In this document: positions 62,095-64,000 of the stretch, one piece after another
Position numbering within the stretch: position 1 is the stretch's first letter
Layout: every line of letters starts with the position of its first letter
Source: an uncultured virus (IMG/VR IMGVR_UViG_3300027708_000067)
Lineage: Duplodnaviria > Heunggongvirae > Uroviricota > Caudoviricetes
Length of the DNA stretch: 64,000 nt
Reading direction: 5' to 3' (one strand)
Virus record (IMG/VR): IMGVR_UViG_3300027708_000067
Position numbers and translations under genes: made by a program
Notes under the pieces: model-generated
What the model was told of the DNA's origin: nothing
Databases searched by the model: none
What the model saw: the letters and a program-made list of their open reading frames with translations, nothing else

Positions 62095-62328
62095 TTAATA
62101 AAAATTGCCGCTTGACAAATCTTTAAGGTTTTTATCTGGACCAATTTTGTCAGAATTTGCCATTTTGGCTTGGCTTGCACCAATTTTCCAGTTGTTGTTG
62201 CGACTAGAGCCTGATGGGCCTTTGTCAAGTGTGGTTTCGCCAGGGCCGCCAGCGTAACCAGGGGTGCCTGTCATTTTATAGGCTTTTTTGTAGCCTACTT
62301 CGCCGCCGGGTTGTTTTGTGTTTGCCAT
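62095..62328 (-). CDS. Small Gly/Lys-rich hypothetical protein
   Basis: ORF abutting the portal stop. Confidence 0.6.
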   Translation of the reverse strand: MANTKQPGGEVGYKKAYKMTGTPGYAGGPGETTLDKGPSGSSRNNNWKIGASQAKMANSDKIGPDKNLKDLSSGNFY

Positions 62329-64000
62329 TTATTGTCCTTGTTGTGGAGGTTGTGCTTCTTGTTGTGCTGCTTGTTGTTCCATTTGCTGCTGATGTTGTTG
62401 ATCGTTTTGCATTATTTGCTGTGCATGTTGTTCAGCAGCTTGCTGTTGCTCTTGTTGCGACATTCTAGCTTGATGTTCTGCCTCAATTTGGTTTTGAACT
62501 TCAACTGCTTGTTGCTCAAATGCCTGTTTTTGCACTTCTAAACCATGTTGTCGAATATCATTTTCAGCCGCAATTGTGGCTTCCATGGCAGACAAGTTTT
62601 GTTCGTGCTCAAGTTGGGCTTGTTGTTGGTCCATCTGGGCGCCAGCATTAATTATGGCAACACGCTCTCTTGCCGCGTTGTTAATATTTGCCAATGCAAT
62701 ATCTTTAGCGTTTTGTTGGCTGTCAATATTAGACTGAGTTTGGTATTTAGCAACCAATTCTTGAACTTGTTGTTGGAGTTCCGCAATTTTAATTTGGTAT
62801 TCTTGCTGTGATTTTTGTGTATCCAGCTGCATTTTGGCCTGAGCTTCTTGTGCTTTACGTTGAGTCTCAGCCATTTGCGTTTTAAGAATAACTTGCGCAG
62901 TTGGATCTGATAGCGCGCTAGATTCTTGTTGCTGTTGTTGCGCTTGAGAAACTTTTTGTGCTAATCCTTGGATTTGTTGTACAAATGGCCCTAAACTGCT
63001 TTGAGAATCTTGGTTTACCATTTGTGAAGCAAGTGCCAAAGCTTGTTGGGCATCTAAATCAAGCGGTTTTTCTTGATGTAATTCAAGAGTATCTTGTCCA
63101 TTAGATGCTTGAGCCACATAAGAGCGCATAGATTGCAAATAATGTAAAGTTAAATGCTGTTTAATATGTTCTAGTGCATGCGGCGCAAATGTTGGACCAA
63201 TAACTGGGTTACCGCCGTATGCTGGATTTTGAGCGTATTCCAAATGAATCTTAATGTGTGCAATGTGATCTTGGTCTGGATAAGCAGCGGCTGGACGACC
63301 CATAGTCATAGAAACGTTTTCTAAAGCTGGATTAGATTCATTAGCACCTAATGGGTTTGGTAACACTTCATTTACGCCGGGGACTTTAAGTTGTTCTAAA
63401 ATACGCTGATAAACAGCGCGAAGGTTGAACATTCCTGGAGGCGCAGATGTTGCCATTTGCAACAACGCTTGGTTTTGAGCAAGGCGTTGAGTTTCAGAAA
63501 AAATGTTAGGATCTGAAACTGGGCGTACATCATTGTTTGCTGCAAAGTCACGGACTTTAATTTCTTCGCCGGACTGATTGTCCATTTCATCCAAGTACCA
63601 ATGATTGATACGGGAAACGATTGCCAAAGATTTGGCTTGACTGCGATGCAAACGGGCATGAATGCTGGAAAATACTTTAGCGCCTTGTTCAATAAGCGCT
63701 TGAGTTGTGCCAACGGGCATTTGGTTGTTAGCGTCACCAATTTTTTCTTCTGCAGTAGTAACAACACCTTTTGCTGCGTCTGTTAACCAACCTAATAGCT
63801 GGAATAAAACGTTAGACGGCGCATTAAACGGCATCGGCATCGCAATTTTGCGAACGTCGTCAACACCAGGGGCGCCTTCAATTTCAATTACTTGCGTGGG
63901 CTCAATTCGATCAGACTGTCCACCAATGCGTCCACCTTTAAGCTTAAGCATTGTCTGGCTGTTGTTGATATGAGCAGCATCAAGAAGAGCACGCAAGCTA
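62329..64000 (-). CDS. Portal protein (5' part outside the window)
   Basis: R.LLDA...N, PVGTT.AL.EQG.KVFS.IH.RLH, PVSDPNIFS..QR, A.P.QDH.AH; Gln-rich C-terminal barrel. Confidence 0.85.
   Translation of the reverse strand, partial: SLRALLDAAHINNSQTMLKLKGGRIGGQSDRIEPTQVIEIEGAPGVDDVRKIAMPMPFNAPSNVLFQLLGWLTDAAKGVVTTAEEKIGDANNQMPVGTTQALIEQGAKVFSSIHARLHRSQAKSLAIVSRINHWYLDEMDNQSGEEIKVRDFAANNDVRPVSDPNIFSETQRLAQNQALLQMATSAPPGMFNLRAVYQRILEQLKVPGVNEVLPNPLGANESNPALENVSMTMGRPAAAYPDQDHIAHIKIHLEYAQNPAYGGNPVIGPTFAPHALEHIKQHLTLHYLQSMRSYVAQASNGQDTLELHQEKPLDLDAQQALALASQMVNQDSQSSLGPFVQQIQGLAQKVSQAQQQQQESSALSDPTAQVILKTQMAETQRKAQEAQAKMQLDTQKSQQEYQIKIAELQQQVQELVAKYQTQSNIDSQQNAKDIALANINNAARERVAIINAGAQMDQQQAQLEHEQNLSAMEATIAAENDIRQHGLEVQKQAFEQQAVEVQNQIEAEHQARMSQQEQQQAAEQHAQQIMQNDQQHQQQMEQQAAQQEAQPPQQGQ

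Noticed and set aside
1..64000. tRNA genes, integrase/repressor, terminase large subunit, spanins
   Set aside because: None recognised by eye; terL probably lies beyond the truncated portal, and a tRNAscan/HMM run is needed to exclude the others

Overview
This window is most of the genome of a lytic-looking dsDNA tailed phage (Caudoviricetes). It appears podovirus-like: ejection proteins and tail-tube/nozzle genes are present and no tape measure is seen. A freshwater/betaproteobacterial host is my inference only. The + strand (about 0.7-22.7 kb) carries small early genes, a sigma-70-family protein lacking region 4, a primase-polymerase/SF3 helicase, a dTDP-glucose 4,6-dehydratase, VRR-NUC, an HNH-like ORF, an SNF2 helicase, a stand-alone sigma region-4-like protein, a small late island with a terminase-small-subunit-like gene, a Cas4-like exonuclease, SSB, class II RNR and PolA. 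The - strand (22.7-64 kb) is the morphogenesis arm: truncated portal, GroES, scaffold, major capsid, a 3008-aa Gly-X-Ser repeat fibre followed by three glycosyltransferase genes, Gly-rich fibre paralogues, lysis genes, tail and ejection proteins. Main observations: (1) a putative split two-subunit phage sigma factor with a matching two-tier promoter motif, TTTGCATTAGTA alone before replication genes and GGGCG-N14-TTTGCATTAGTA before late genes; (2) a phased array of NtrC-box-like and other palindromes at the left end, plus an NtrC-like box on the sigma gene promoter; (3) a giant Ser/Gly fibre with a likely glycosylation cassette; (4) a T4 gene-32-like pseudoknot ahead of the SSB gene. All protein assignments come from motif recognition by eye; no database search was run.
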